Source: Candidatus Poribacteria bacterium
Lineage (GTDB): Bacteria; Poribacteria; WGA-4E; GCA-2687025
Direction of reading: 5' to 3'
Assembly: GCA_028818695.1 (NCBI GenBank)
Contig: JAPPNK010000021.1
Coordinates: 47,269 to 111,268, forward strand
DNA: 64,000 bases
Under the pieces are notes generated by a model, which was not told the DNA's origin, did no database searches, and saw only the letters and a list, made by a program, of their open reading frames with translations. Positions 9,476 to 18,742 of this stretch are shown piece by piece. The position numbers were made by a program, and so were the translations under genes. Each line of letters opens with the position of its first letter. The stretch's first letter is position 1.

Positions 9476-10328
9476 CTACAAGGCGACGAAGCTGGACGGG
9501 CATGAAAAAGGAACGCTTAGCCTTGCCTATTCGCCGACCGGAAACGCTCTCGCCAGCGGCGGCAGAGATTCAACGGCCCGCATCTGGAACCCTAAAACAG
9601 GGGAAGCCGTCCAAACCTATACTGGCCATCAAGATTCGGTCATATCTCTCGCGTACTCCCCCGACGGCAAGACGATTGTCAGCGGCAGCTACGATGAAAC
9701 CATTCATCTATGGAACATCGAAACGGGAGAGATCGTCCATCTTTGGAGCCTCAAAGCAAAAGAGAAGGACGAAAAGAACAAACGCATAAAATATATCCAA
9801 AAGGTCGCGTTTTCGCCGGACGGCAAAACGATCGCCGGCTGCATCGGTGGACAAGTCTCTCCCATTTATCTATGGGATGTTGAGACAGGTGAGATGAAAC
9901 GAGCCTTCAAAGAGCATCGGAAAGAAGTGAACGACATTGTGTTCTCGCCCGACGGAAAGTTCATCGCCAGCGCCGGCGACGACGAAGGCAAAATACTGGT
10001 CTGGGGCGTCGAGACCGACCAGATGATTGTTCTCCAGATCGATCCTTCGGAAACGCAGAGCATCTTTGTGAGCGACGATATCCTATCCTTGGCGTATTCG
10101 TCGGACGGCAAGACGATCGCCAGCGGCGGACGCGACACTTTCGTACGTTTGTGGGATGTCGAAACGGGCGCCTTGAAGGCGAAACTGACGGGTCATACTG
10201 GAGATGTTAACTCGCTCGCGTTTTCGCCGGACGGCAAGACGCTCGCCAGCGCCGGCGGCATCTCGCAGAATCGCAATCAACCCGACGACAGAACAGTTCG
10301 TATATGGAACCTAACCAAAAGCGAGTGA
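9264..10328 (+). CDS. Secreted WD40-repeat protein, paralog of 7689..8744
   Basis: Same [12 protein letters not shown]...ARA|[10 protein letters not shown]-terminus; about 7 WD40 repeats. Confidence 0.92.
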   Translation: MNKYRNRVVMAAVAVALLTTNARAHEDAVSYPSIILIGHTASVEAVAFSPDGKTLASSSYDETIRLRDVDTYKATKLDGHEKGTLSLAYSPTGNALASGGRDSTARIWNPKTGEAVQTYTGHQDSVISLAYSPDGKTIVSGSYDETIHLWNIETGEIVHLWSLKAKEKDEKNKRIKYIQKVAFSPDGKTIAGCIGGQVSPIYLWDVETGEMKRAFKEHRKEVNDIVFSPDGKFIASAGDDEGKILVWGVETDQMIVLQIDPSETQSIFVSDDILSLAYSSDGKTIASGGRDTFVRLWDVETGALKAKLTGHTGDVNSLAFSPDGKTLASAGGISQNRNQPDDRTVRIWNLTKSE

Positions 10329-10331
10329 ACG

Positions 10332-11672
10332 ATGCATAAAGCGGCGCGTCCATTTTTAAAACGAGCGCGGATGCGGGCTGCCTTGCGCGGCGCGCTGTAC
10401 GGCTCTTTTCTCGGCTCTGCAGCTCTTTTTGCCGCGCTGACGGCTGGACAGCTCATGCGTTTTCCGTTCGCTTTTGTTTCAGGCGCGGCGCTGTTTGCGG
10501 CATGCGTCGCCGCCGGCGCCTTTTTTTTCTTTAAAAAAGCGCGCGCCGCGCAGCCGATACTGGAGGAAATCGACCGCTTTTACGACCTGAAAGACCGCGT
10601 CCAAACCGCCTATGCGCTCGAAACGGACGGCGCCTCCGCCGACATGGAAAAAGCGCAGATCGCCGACGCGGCGGAGCGGCTCTCCAACGCGGACGCGAAG
10701 GCATGGATTCCGCGCCTCTTGCCGCGCTGGGCGTGGACGTCTCCATGCGCGCTGCTTCTGGCATGCGTTCCGCTGCTGCTGCCTCCGCCAGCGCCCGATC
10801 CAAACGCGATGACCGACGACGAAAGAATCGCCGCGATTGAAGCCGCCAATGCGCTCTCCAAGGACGACAGCGAAGCTGAACAGAAGCTGAAACGCGCCGA
10901 GACGCTCCGCGAGGCGTTTGCGGCGCTGGCGGAAGCCGAAAAGCGGGCTGAAGAGTCGGCGCAGAGCGCGGAGGCGCTGGCAACGGCGCAGAAAACGCTG
11001 GCGCAAGACAAGCCGCTTTCAGACGCCCTGCGCGGCGCGGCGGCAGAGCCTCCTCCAGACCTGGCGGAGCGGCTGCGCGCCCTGCGCGACGCGCTCGCCT
11101 CCAATCCGTCGGCTGAGGCGGTTTTGGACGCGCTCGCCGGCATCGAAACGGCGGCCGTCTCCGAGGCGAAGCTGAACGCGATCGCCGACGCGCTGCGCCA
11201 ACTAGAACGGCGCGCCGATCCGAACGCCGCCGAAACCTTGAAACGCATACAAGCGCAGAAACGCAAACTTGCCGCCGCCGCTCTCAACTCCCCCCTTCAA
11301 AACGGCAGCCCAAGCGGACAGACCGCCGGCGGAAACAACGCAGGTACCGATCTCGACAACAACCCTTCCGCGCGGACGCCGGCAGACCTTCCTGAAGCGA
11401 CGCTTCAAAAAAACGCGCAGCTCATTTTAGAAACGCTGGAAAACGCCGGGGCGCGCCAAGAGACGGTCTATTCATCGAAAAAAGAGAGCGGAAAACCGGA
11501 CTCCGAGCCTGAGCTGCTTCCGTTCAAACAGGCGGCGCTGAACGCTTCCCGCTCCGCCCTGAAAAACGCGGAAGCGGGAGCCGTCAACGCCGAAAGGCTC
11601 CCTGCCGCTTACCGCGACCGCATTCGGAGATACTTCAAGGCTGTCGAAGCGGCGGCGCGGAACATGCCATGA
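10332..11672 (+). CDS. Membrane-anchored coiled-coil protein of the type found beside MoxR ATPases
   Basis: N-terminal TM segments, IDRFYDLKDRVQTA motif, Ala/Glu-rich helical body, C-terminal LPAAYRDRIRRYF. ATGA overlap with moxR. Confidence 0.7.
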   Translation: MHKAARPFLKRARMRAALRGALYGSFLGSAALFAALTAGQLMRFPFAFVSGAALFAACVAAGAFFFFKKARAAQPILEEIDRFYDLKDRVQTAYALETDGASADMEKAQIADAAERLSNADAKAWIPRLLPRWAWTSPCALLLACVPLLLPPPAPDPNAMTDDERIAAIEAANALSKDDSEAEQKLKRAETLREAFAALAEAEKRAEESAQSAEALATAQKTLAQDKPLSDALRGAAAEPPPDLAERLRALRDALASNPSAEAVLDALAGIETAAVSEAKLNAIADALRQLERRADPNAAETLKRIQAQKRKLAAAALNSPLQNGSPSGQTAGGNNAGTDLDNNPSARTPADLPEATLQKNAQLILETLENAGARQETVYSSKKESGKPDSEPELLPFKQAALNASRSALKNAEAGAVNAERLPAAYRDRIRRYFKAVEAAARNMP

Positions 11673-12664
11673 GCAAGGCGGCGGAGCGGGTTCAAGAAGC
11701 GGCGCGTCGGTTTCAGGCTGCCCGCGCCGAGATCGCCAAGGCGGTCGTCGGGCAGGAGGAGGCGGTGGACGGCGCGCTCACCGCCGCCCTCGCGGGGGGG
11801 CATGTACTGCTGGAGGGGGCGCCGGGTCTCGGCAAAACATCGCTGGTGAACGCGCTGTCGGACGCGCTCGGTCTGACGCAGCGGCGTATTCAGTTCACCC
11901 CCGACCTGATGCCGTCCGACATTTCAGGCTCGCGCATTCTCATGGAATCGGCGGACGGGAGCCGCGTTTTTGAGTTTCAAAAGGGGCCGGTGTTCGCCAA
12001 CATGGTCTTGGCGGATGAGATCAACCGCGCCTCGCCGCGCACGCAGTCGGCGCTGCTGGAAGCGATGCAGGAACGCAGCGTCACCGACGGCAACGACACC
12101 TACGCGCTTGACGCGCCTTTTCTGGTCGCGGCGACGCAGAACCCGATCGAGATGGAAGGAACCTATCCGCTTCCGGAGGCGCAGCTGGACAGGTTCATGT
12201 TCAAGCTGATGGTGTCGTATCCGAGCGAGGCGCAGCTGGGCGAAATCTTAGAGCGGTCGGCGACAAATGCGCAGCCGTCCGTTCAGCCGGCGCTGGACGC
12301 CGAGGCGGTCTTGGAGTTTCAGTCGCTTGTGCGCGAGACGGTCATGCCGGCGCATGCGCGCGCCTATGTCGTCCGTTTGACGCTGGCGACGCACCCCAGC
12401 TCGGAGCATGCGCCTGAGTCGATTCGGCGGTATGCGGCGTACGGGTCAAGTCCGCGCGGGGCGCAGGCTTTGGAGCTGGGCGCAAAGACGCGCGCCGCCG
12501 CGGACGGTCGCTTCAACGCCGCAATAGAGGATGTGGACGCGGTCGCCGTCTGGGCTTTGCGCCACCGCATTCTGCTAAACTTCGATGGCGAGGCGGACCG
12601 CATTGATCCCGAAGACCTGGCGCGGGAGGCGCTAGAAACATGCCGCGCCGCCCGCCAAACATGA
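11669..12664 (+). CDS. MoxR family AAA+ ATPase
   Basis: HVLLEGAPGLGKT, RIQFTPDLMPSD, LADEINRASPRTQSALLEAMQE, ATQNPIEMEGTYPLPEAQLDRF. Confidence 0.95.
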   Translation: MSKAAERVQEAARRFQAARAEIAKAVVGQEEAVDGALTAALAGGHVLLEGAPGLGKTSLVNALSDALGLTQRRIQFTPDLMPSDISGSRILMESADGSRVFEFQKGPVFANMVLADEINRASPRTQSALLEAMQERSVTDGNDTYALDAPFLVAATQNPIEMEGTYPLPEAQLDRFMFKLMVSYPSEAQLGEILERSATNAQPSVQPALDAEAVLEFQSLVRETVMPAHARAYVVRLTLATHPSSEHAPESIRRYAAYGSSPRGAQALELGAKTRAAADGRFNAAIEDVDAVAVWALRHRILLNFDGEADRIDPEDLAREALETCRAARQT

Positions 12665-12807
12665 AGACGGACCTGCCTCTTCAGTTGCGCCATGAGAGCG
12701 GAAAAGCCGCCGCCCATCCGCCATCATTCCTTCAAAAGCCATGTCCCCGTGAAACAAGTTCTAAAATCAAAACATCGTCTGTAGAGAGCTCCTGTCTGGA
12801 AGGCTAG

Positions 12808-12836
12808 TTGACGCAAGGCGGCGGTACTTGTATCCT
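12808..12836 (+). promoter_or_regulatory. Sigma70-type promoter upstream of the PhyH gene
   Basis: TTGACG-N17-TATCCT, about 53 bp before ATG 12890 with GGAGG RBS. Confidence 0.6.
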
Positions 12837-12889
12837 AAGGAAGCCGTTGTATCATGCGGATGATTGTTAAACATTGCGGAGGGTCGTAG

Positions 12890-13690
12890 ATGGTCGCGTT
12901 GACGCCCGAACAGATCGAATTTTTTCACGAAAACGGATTCGTCCGAATGGAGCAGGTGTATCCGCCCGATGAACTGAAGCGGATGCTGGACGAGCTGGAA
13001 TATGTCATGGAGACCTTCGCCAACTGGAACGCGGCGTGGCGCGGTCCGTGGCGCGAGAAATACTTGGACAAAGAAGAGAATGAAAAAGCTGTCCTGGTGG
13101 CGATTCATGAGCTTCAGCATTATTCGTCCGCTTGGTCGAGAGCGTTGACGAAGCCGGACATAGGGGCGGCGGTTGCGAGCCTGCTGGAGACCGACTGCGT
13201 CGAGATGCACCACTGCACGCTGCATGCGAAGTCGCCGAGTACGGGCGCGCCGTTTCCAATGCATCAGGACGTTCCGTTTTACGCCCACTCGGACGGGCGC
13301 TACATCGACTCGCTGATCCATTTAGACGACGCAGACGAGAAGAGCGGAAACATCAAGTTTCTTGCGGGCAGCCACAAGAACGGCCCGCTTGACCATATAC
13401 TGGGTCCAGACACGGCGCCGCACCTTCCGACAGACCAGTACCGCTTGGAGGATGCGGTGTCGGTTCCAGCGCGGGCGGGAGATGTGGTTCTGTTTCATCT
13501 TTGGACGGTTCACGGGTCTGCGGTGAACAACAGCGGGCGCTGGCGCCGCTTGGTGCGCGTCGGCTTCCGCGATCCGCGCAACGCCCAGGTGGCTGGTCAA
13601 GCGCTCGGCCGCCCTGGCATCGTCGTCCACGGCGTTCGCCCGAAAGTGGACGGTCAGAATGTGGATGTGTATGGAAATTGGAGCGGGTAG
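12890..13690 (+). CDS. Phytanoyl-CoA dioxygenase (PhyH) family Fe(II)/2-oxoglutarate dioxygenase
   Basis: LTPEQIEFFHENGF, HQD iron motif, GSHK, AGDVVLFH..TVHGS..N.S.R.R. Confidence 0.92.
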   Translation: MVALTPEQIEFFHENGFVRMEQVYPPDELKRMLDELEYVMETFANWNAAWRGPWREKYLDKEENEKAVLVAIHELQHYSSAWSRALTKPDIGAAVASLLETDCVEMHHCTLHAKSPSTGAPFPMHQDVPFYAHSDGRYIDSLIHLDDADEKSGNIKFLAGSHKNGPLDHILGPDTAPHLPTDQYRLEDAVSVPARAGDVVLFHLWTVHGSAVNNSGRWRRLVRVGFRDPRNAQVAGQALGRPGIVVHGVRPKVDGQNVDVYGNWSG

Positions 13691-13746
13691 AGACGGCTGC
13701 GCGGCCGATCCGCCCGTCAAAACTCAACAAACTAAGGAGAATATTC

Positions 13747-14544
13747 ATGCGTTCGATAGTCCGTAAGGCGTTCATTGGGACCGCCGTTCTCATTCTTGCT
13801 GCCGGGTGCGGGAGCAAGGAGCTTCCGCCGCCCGACATGACGATGTCTTCGAAGATTGCCATCGCTCCATTTCTTTCCTCTTTCGATCCTCAGTTTGGGA
13901 TGTTGACAGCGCGCGACCTCGGCAACCGTTTCCAGCTCCATTTTGAGCAGGTCAAGGAAGGGTACGAGGTTCTTTTTGACCAGTCCGAAGCGCTTCAACC
14001 GATCACGCAATCGATCGTGGACCTTGAGCTGACCGAAGAAGAGATATTCGCCAATCCAGCGCTGGCGGGCAAGGTGGCTGAAAATCTTGGCGTTGACCTG
14101 CTAATTGTAGGCAGAATAGGAGAACCGCGGATCACAATTAAAGAGGATACGACGCCTGTATATGACATGAGCAAAGCGGGGGGTCTCTCCGTTGCGGACA
14201 CGAAGTATTTCATCACATGGCAGCGGGCGACGATGAGGATTTGGCTCAAAGCCGTGAACCAGCAGGGCGAAGTGGTGTGGCAGACAGGCTCAACGCCGCC
14301 GGACGAAGCGAAAAGTTTCACGGGGCATATACGATACGCGCGCGCTTACCAGTCCGCCGCGCCGGAACGTCCGCCCGTGTCGGAGGAGCAGATCATGTCG
14401 GACCTGCGGGAGGACGCATGGATGCGCATCGCCAATCGTCTGTTGCCTGAAGATTTTCCGAAAGTAGTGTCGCCTGCCTGGAAAGAGAAGCCGGCGGCGC
14501 ATCATAGGTTCAAATCATCGGGTGGGTTCGTTGAGTTTCGATAA
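13747..14544 (+). CDS. Lipoprotein of unknown function (possible CsgG/TolB_N-like fold)
   Basis: AAGGAG RBS, LAAGC lipobox, KIAIAPF and AGKVAENLGVDLLIVGRI pattern. Confidence 0.7.
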   Translation: MRSIVRKAFIGTAVLILAAGCGSKELPPPDMTMSSKIAIAPFLSSFDPQFGMLTARDLGNRFQLHFEQVKEGYEVLFDQSEALQPITQSIVDLELTEEEIFANPALAGKVAENLGVDLLIVGRIGEPRITIKEDTTPVYDMSKAGGLSVADTKYFITWQRATMRIWLKAVNQQGEVVWQTGSTPPDEAKSFTGHIRYARAYQSAAPERPPVSEEQIMSDLREDAWMRIANRLLPEDFPKVVSPAWKEKPAAHHRFKSSGGFVEFR

Positions 14545-15049
14545 ACCCCTCCATCGGTGGGGAAAGGTTGAACTGTCGCCGAAGCAGCGCGCCGCGTTCA
14601 ACGCAATAGAATCGCTTTTGGCGAGTCAGCCCGTTTACGCCCCGATCTGTTTGATTGGGGCGTTCGGCTCCGGAAAAACAACATTGGCGCGCTACTGGCT
14701 TGCGCAGCATTTTGACAACCCGGAGGCGCGGTATGTCTCGGCTGGGCGCCCCCTGCTGAACGGGCTGAAACAGGAGGAATCGCTGGCGAGAATGGGCGGA
14801 AACCCAGCGAAGATCCTGCCGCTGCTGCAGCTGGGGCTTTCCGAACTGCTGGAAGAAGCGCTGGCGGACGAACAGGCGGTTGTGTTGGACAATCTAGAGG
14901 TTGTGCAGCCGTACGGCGTCTCTCTGGAGAAAGCGGCGCTCCCCTATACCCGTCAGGGGAAGGCGGTTCTGCTCTGCCTTTCCAGCGACAAGAAAGCGAA
15001 CTTCCACATGAACATTTCGCGGACGGAATGCCATTGCTTCGAGATTTAG
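14522..15049 (+). CDS. Small P-loop NTPase, BrxF-like
   Basis: Walker A GAFGSGKT and Walker B-like VVLDNLE in ~175 aa; overlaps both neighbours; start codon uncertain. Confidence 0.65.
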   Translation: MGSLSFDKPLHRWGKVELSPKQRAAFNAIESLLASQPVYAPICLIGAFGSGKTTLARYWLAQHFDNPEARYVSAGRPLLNGLKQEESLARMGGNPAKILPLLQLGLSELLEEALADEQAVVLDNLEVVQPYGVSLEKAALPYTRQGKAVLLCLSSDKKANFHMNISRTECHCFEI

Positions 15050-15504
15050 CGAGACGGTTAAACGAGCGCGGCCCGTTCACCAAGGCGGAGCGCGCATTGC
15101 TGATGGCGCTCGCGGCGTTCACGCTTGTGAGCGCCGCGGTTGCAGCGGCGCATTCGTTGTTCCCAGAAATGTTTTACGGCGAGCCGACCTTCAACGCCGC
15201 CGAAAAACATGAGCTGACAAGCGCCCCGCTTCCCGCTTCAACCCAAACGAGCGGAGCGGAAGAGAGCAAGGAAAGCGGCAATGCGCTGCTGAATCTCAAC
15301 GCGGCGGACGCCGAGGCGCTTCAACAGCTGCCGGGCATCGGTCCTGTTCTTGCGCAGCGCATCGTGAACTGGCGGAACGAATACGGGCAGTTTGAGACGC
15401 TTGAAGACCTGTTGATGGTGGAAGGCATCGGGGAGAAACGCATTGAGCAGCTGCGGGCGGCGGCGCAGGTCGTTCCTGCAGAGAGCGGGTCGGCTTCCGA
15501 GTGA
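15028..15504 (+). CDS. ComEA family helix-hairpin-helix DNA-binding protein
   Basis: N-terminal TM; LNLNAA..E.LQQLPGIGPVLAQRIV..R...G.F..LEDL..VEGIG. Confidence 0.9.
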   Translation: MPLLRDLARRLNERGPFTKAERALLMALAAFTLVSAAVAAAHSLFPEMFYGEPTFNAAEKHELTSAPLPASTQTSGAEESKESGNALLNLNAADAEALQQLPGIGPVLAQRIVNWRNEYGQFETLEDLLMVEGIGEKRIEQLRAAAQVVPAESGSASE

Positions 15505-15541
15505 AGTTTAAGGAGAAGCTTGCATGCATCGACTGCGAAAC

Positions 15542-16840
15542 ATGACAGCGCGGCGCGCGCTTCTTCTTGCCATGCCTGTTGCGGCGTTGATTCTCTTGAT
15601 TGTCGGGTTCGCAAGCCTCCTTCATGAAAGATGGGAGACGCCTGGGCAAAATGAAACTGCCGCGGTTCAAAATGGAGCGGCAGACCGAACGGAAGAGAAT
15701 CCGATCGAACGGAAGTCGGTCTTGAGACCCAAGGAGAAACCTGTTGAGTCGCTGCCCTTTGAAAACGGCAAGCTGGTTCCCGACGGATACAAGTGGCGCG
15801 ATCCGCACCCGTGGCTCGTTTCTGTTCGCGGCGAAAGGTACCGCCGTTATATCGGACCGCAGACCGCGGAAGCGATCTTTGCGGTCTACGACTCGCCGTA
15901 CACAACGGGCGAAAAGGCAGAAAAGCTGCTGGCGCATTGGAAACGGGTTCTCGCGCGCGGAGCTGTCGTCAACGACTACAAGGATGCGCTCAAATTAGGA
16001 TTCAGTCTGATGAATGAGCTGGCGAATTTGCGCATCAGACCAGATCTTCACCGGAGTCGCTTCGACCTCTCAGCGGACGCTCCGATTGAAGAGATAGAAA
16101 AGACTCTGATAACGTACAGGATTCGCACCAGGCCGATCAAGAAGGAGCAGTTCAGCCATGCCGCCAAGACGGGCGAAGGCACCTTGAATGTGACGCTTTT
16201 TTCGGACGGATACGGCGGCGGAGGCATGGGCATCTCGACCGTCCGGGCGGGCGGAAGCCGAAGAAGCAGCGATCTGACAGATAGGGAGTGGCGCAACATC
16301 AGACTCTACGGAACCGCTCCGAAAGGGTTTCGGCTGCGCTTGATTGACGAGGACGACAACGAGTTGCCGTTTGATAAGTTTCCGTCTTTCAATGAGCGCG
16401 ACGCAGTGAAACGTCTGAGCAAAGCGAACCTTGGACAGCTGCTGTTTGCGCTTCCCTCGTATCTAATTCAACCCGACGCGCAGGAGCGCTCCACTGCGGC
16501 GTGGATGCGCATGATGAACAGGTACGACGCGGCGCTGGCAGAGCTCGCAGACCGAGGGCAGGTTCCAATGCCGGCAGCTGTACCGGGCGAAGCTCCTGGG
16601 GCTGCGAAACCTCTGGAGCCGATGGTCGATTGGGGCGATCCGGACCCGCGGCGCAAAAGCGTCGCCGAAGCATATATGTCCGCGCTAGAGAAGCAGGCAA
16701 AGAAGGCGAACATATCGGAGGCGGCGCGGGCGCAGATCAGTCGGCGGCTACAGGAGCTGCGCGCTCTGATGTTAGGTCCCGCCGGTACGCCTGTCAAGCC
16801 TCCGCCCGATCAAGACGGCGGCGAAGACGAAAAAGAATGA
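15542..16840 (+). CDS. Hypothetical membrane-anchored protein
   Basis: Long ORF with one N-terminal TM (ALLLAMPVAALILLIVGFASLL) and a Pro/acidic tail; start 15524 or 15542. Confidence 0.65.
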   Translation: MTARRALLLAMPVAALILLIVGFASLLHERWETPGQNETAAVQNGAADRTEENPIERKSVLRPKEKPVESLPFENGKLVPDGYKWRDPHPWLVSVRGERYRRYIGPQTAEAIFAVYDSPYTTGEKAEKLLAHWKRVLARGAVVNDYKDALKLGFSLMNELANLRIRPDLHRSRFDLSADAPIEEIEKTLITYRIRTRPIKKEQFSHAAKTGEGTLNVTLFSDGYGGGGMGISTVRAGGSRRSSDLTDREWRNIRLYGTAPKGFRLRLIDEDDNELPFDKFPSFNERDAVKRLSKANLGQLLFALPSYLIQPDAQERSTAAWMRMMNRYDAALAELADRGQVPMPAAVPGEAPGAAKPLEPMVDWGDPDPRRKSVAEAYMSALEKQAKKANISEAARAQISRRLQELRALMLGPAGTPVKPPPDQDGGEDEKE

Positions 16841-16889
16841 TCAAAAGCCCATCGGCGTCTCTCTCCTATATGACCCGCTATTGAACAAG

Positions 16890-17753
16890 CTATGTTCTCC
16901 GCCGCTCGCCTCGACGGAAGAGGCTGAGAAGCGGTTCGACAAATGAGCTTCCCGTTTCCAGACGGGCGCAGTCGATGCGCAGACGTTTGAACAGCGCGTT
17001 GCGCTCGCGGTCTTGGCGCGCTGTCAGGCGCGTCTGGGCGGATGTTTTGACCCTTCCGCTCTCGGCGTCTTTCCAGCGCACCCATCCGACCTTCGGGACG
17101 GCGCGTTCCAACGGATCGCGTATCTCAACCCCCAAAATCCGATGGCGCGAGGCGGCGGCTTTCAGCGCTGCCTCGTACCCGTCCGCGTAGAAGTCGCTGA
17201 GCAGGAACGCGGCGCTTCTCCGTCGACAGATGCGGGCGAACAGCTCCAGCGGCGGACGCAGATCGGTGCCGTTTCCTGTCGGTCGGCATGTGAGCGCTTC
17301 GCGGGCGATGCGGAGCGCATGGCGCCGCCCCTTGCGCGGAGGGATATGTTTTTCGATCCTGTCGGTGAAGAGAATGAGTCCTGTTTTGTCGTTGTTTTTG
17401 GCTGCCGCGAGAGCAAGGGCGGCGCACACCTCCGCGCACAGGCGGCTTTTTAGCTCGCGCGAGCCAACCCGCGTCGATCCGCTTGCGTCGGCAAGAAGCA
17501 TGACGACCGCCTCGCGCTCCTCCACATACCGCTTGATGTAGGGCTGTCCGAGCCGGGCGGTGACGTTCCAGTCGATGGCGCGGGCGTCGTCGCCCGGTTC
17601 GTAGCGGCGGACGTCGGCAAACTCGATGCCCTGCCCTTTGAAGACGCTGGAGTAGTCGCCGGCGTGGAGATGATTGGCGAATCGGAGCGCGGCAAACTCA
17701 ATGCGCCGGACGCTGCGCAGCGTTTCTAACGATACGGCGCGCTCTTCTGTCAC
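16890..17753 (-). CDS. DUF58 domain protein (MoxR partner)
   Basis: S.FKGQGIEFADVRRYEPGDDARAIDWNVTAR, YIKRYVEERE, DASGS, LLSDF. Confidence 0.93.
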   Translation of the reverse strand: MTEERAVSLETLRSVRRIEFAALRFANHLHAGDYSSVFKGQGIEFADVRRYEPGDDARAIDWNVTARLGQPYIKRYVEEREAVVMLLADASGSTRVGSRELKSRLCAEVCAALALAAAKNNDKTGLILFTDRIEKHIPPRKGRRHALRIAREALTCRPTGNGTDLRPPLELFARICRRRSAAFLLSDFYADGYEAALKAAASRHRILGVEIRDPLERAVPKVGWVRWKDAESGRVKTSAQTRLTARQDRERNALFKRLRIDCARLETGSSFVEPLLSLFRRGERRRT

Positions 17754-18742
17754 GGGACATCGACCGCGCGCAGGATCTGCTCTAGAATCTGGTCCGGCTC
17801 CGCCTCTTCCGCCTCCGCTTCATACGACAGGATGAGACGGTGCCGGAGCGTGTCGGGAGCTGCCGCTTGCGCGTCTTCTGGGATCACATAGGCGCGTCCG
17901 TCCATATAGGCTCTTGCTTTGGAGGCGAGGGCAAGGTAGATTGCCGCGCGCGGCGAAGCGCCGTACTCAATGAGAGGAGCCAACCTCTCAAGCCCGACCG
18001 CCGCCGGCTCCCGCGTCGCGCGGATCAGATCGACGATATACGACTGGATGCGCTCGTCCATATACACGCGCCGAACGGTCGCCTGCGACTGCAGCAGCCG
18101 TTCCATTGAGGCGATCGGCCGTACCTCCGCGCGTTCCTCGCCGGTTTCGCGCTCCAAGATGCGCATCTCTTCATCCCTGGACGGATACGGCACGCGCAGT
18201 TTGAACATGAACCTGTCCAGCTGCGCCTCTGGAAGCGGATACGCCCCCTCCGACTCGATCGGGTTCTGCGTCGCCAGCGCCAGAAACGGCCGCGGCAGCG
18301 GAAAGGTCTCCTCGCCGATGGTCGCCTGCCGCTCCTGCATCGCCTCCAAGAGAGCGGACTGCGCCTTGGCGGGCGCTCGGTTGATCTCATCCGCCAGAAC
18401 GATGTTGGCAAAGAGCGGTCCCTTCTTGACGCGGAAGGTCCCGTCGCTCTGGTTGAAAATGACGGTGCCGACGATGTCCGCCGGGAGCAGGTCTGGAGTG
18501 AATTGAATGCGCTGAAACCGCGTTTGAACCGCGCCAGCCAGCGCCTTGACAGCGGTCGTTTTTGCCAGACCTGGGACGCCTTCCAGGAGTATATGCCCGT
18601 CCGCGAGCAGCCCTGTGAGAAGCCCCTCCACCATGCCGCGCTGTCCGACGATGACGCGCTCAATTTCGGCGGTCATATCGCGCAGATAGCGGCTCTCTTC
18701 CTGAATCTCTTCTCCCAAGGCGCGGATCGCGTCCGCGTTCAT
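17750..18742 (-). CDS. MoxR family AAA+ ATPase
   Basis: HILLEGVPGLAKT, RIQFTPDLLPAD, LADEINRAPAKAQSALLEAMQE, YGASPRA. Confidence 0.95.
   Translation of the reverse strand: MNADAIRALGEEIQEESRYLRDMTAEIERVIVGQRGMVEGLLTGLLADGHILLEGVPGLAKTTAVKALAGAVQTRFQRIQFTPDLLPADIVGTVIFNQSDGTFRVKKGPLFANIVLADEINRAPAKAQSALLEAMQERQATIGEETFPLPRPFLALATQNPIESEGAYPLPEAQLDRFMFKLRVPYPSRDEEMRILERETGEERAEVRPIASMERLLQSQATVRRVYMDERIQSYIVDLIRATREPAAVGLERLAPLIEYGASPRAAIYLALASKARAYMDGRAYVIPEDAQAAAPDTLRHRLILSYEAEAEEAEPDQILEQILRAVDVP

Noticed and set aside
2281-10328. Diversity-generating retroelement acting on the WD40 genes
   Set aside because: No reverse transcriptase in the window. Differences between paralogous segments are mostly third-position changes of all base types, not adenine-specific.
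2281-10328. CRISPR-like array suggested by the recurring TCGCCGGACGG motif
   Set aside because: The repeats are degenerate, in frame and encode SPDG of WD40 blades. No cas genes are present.
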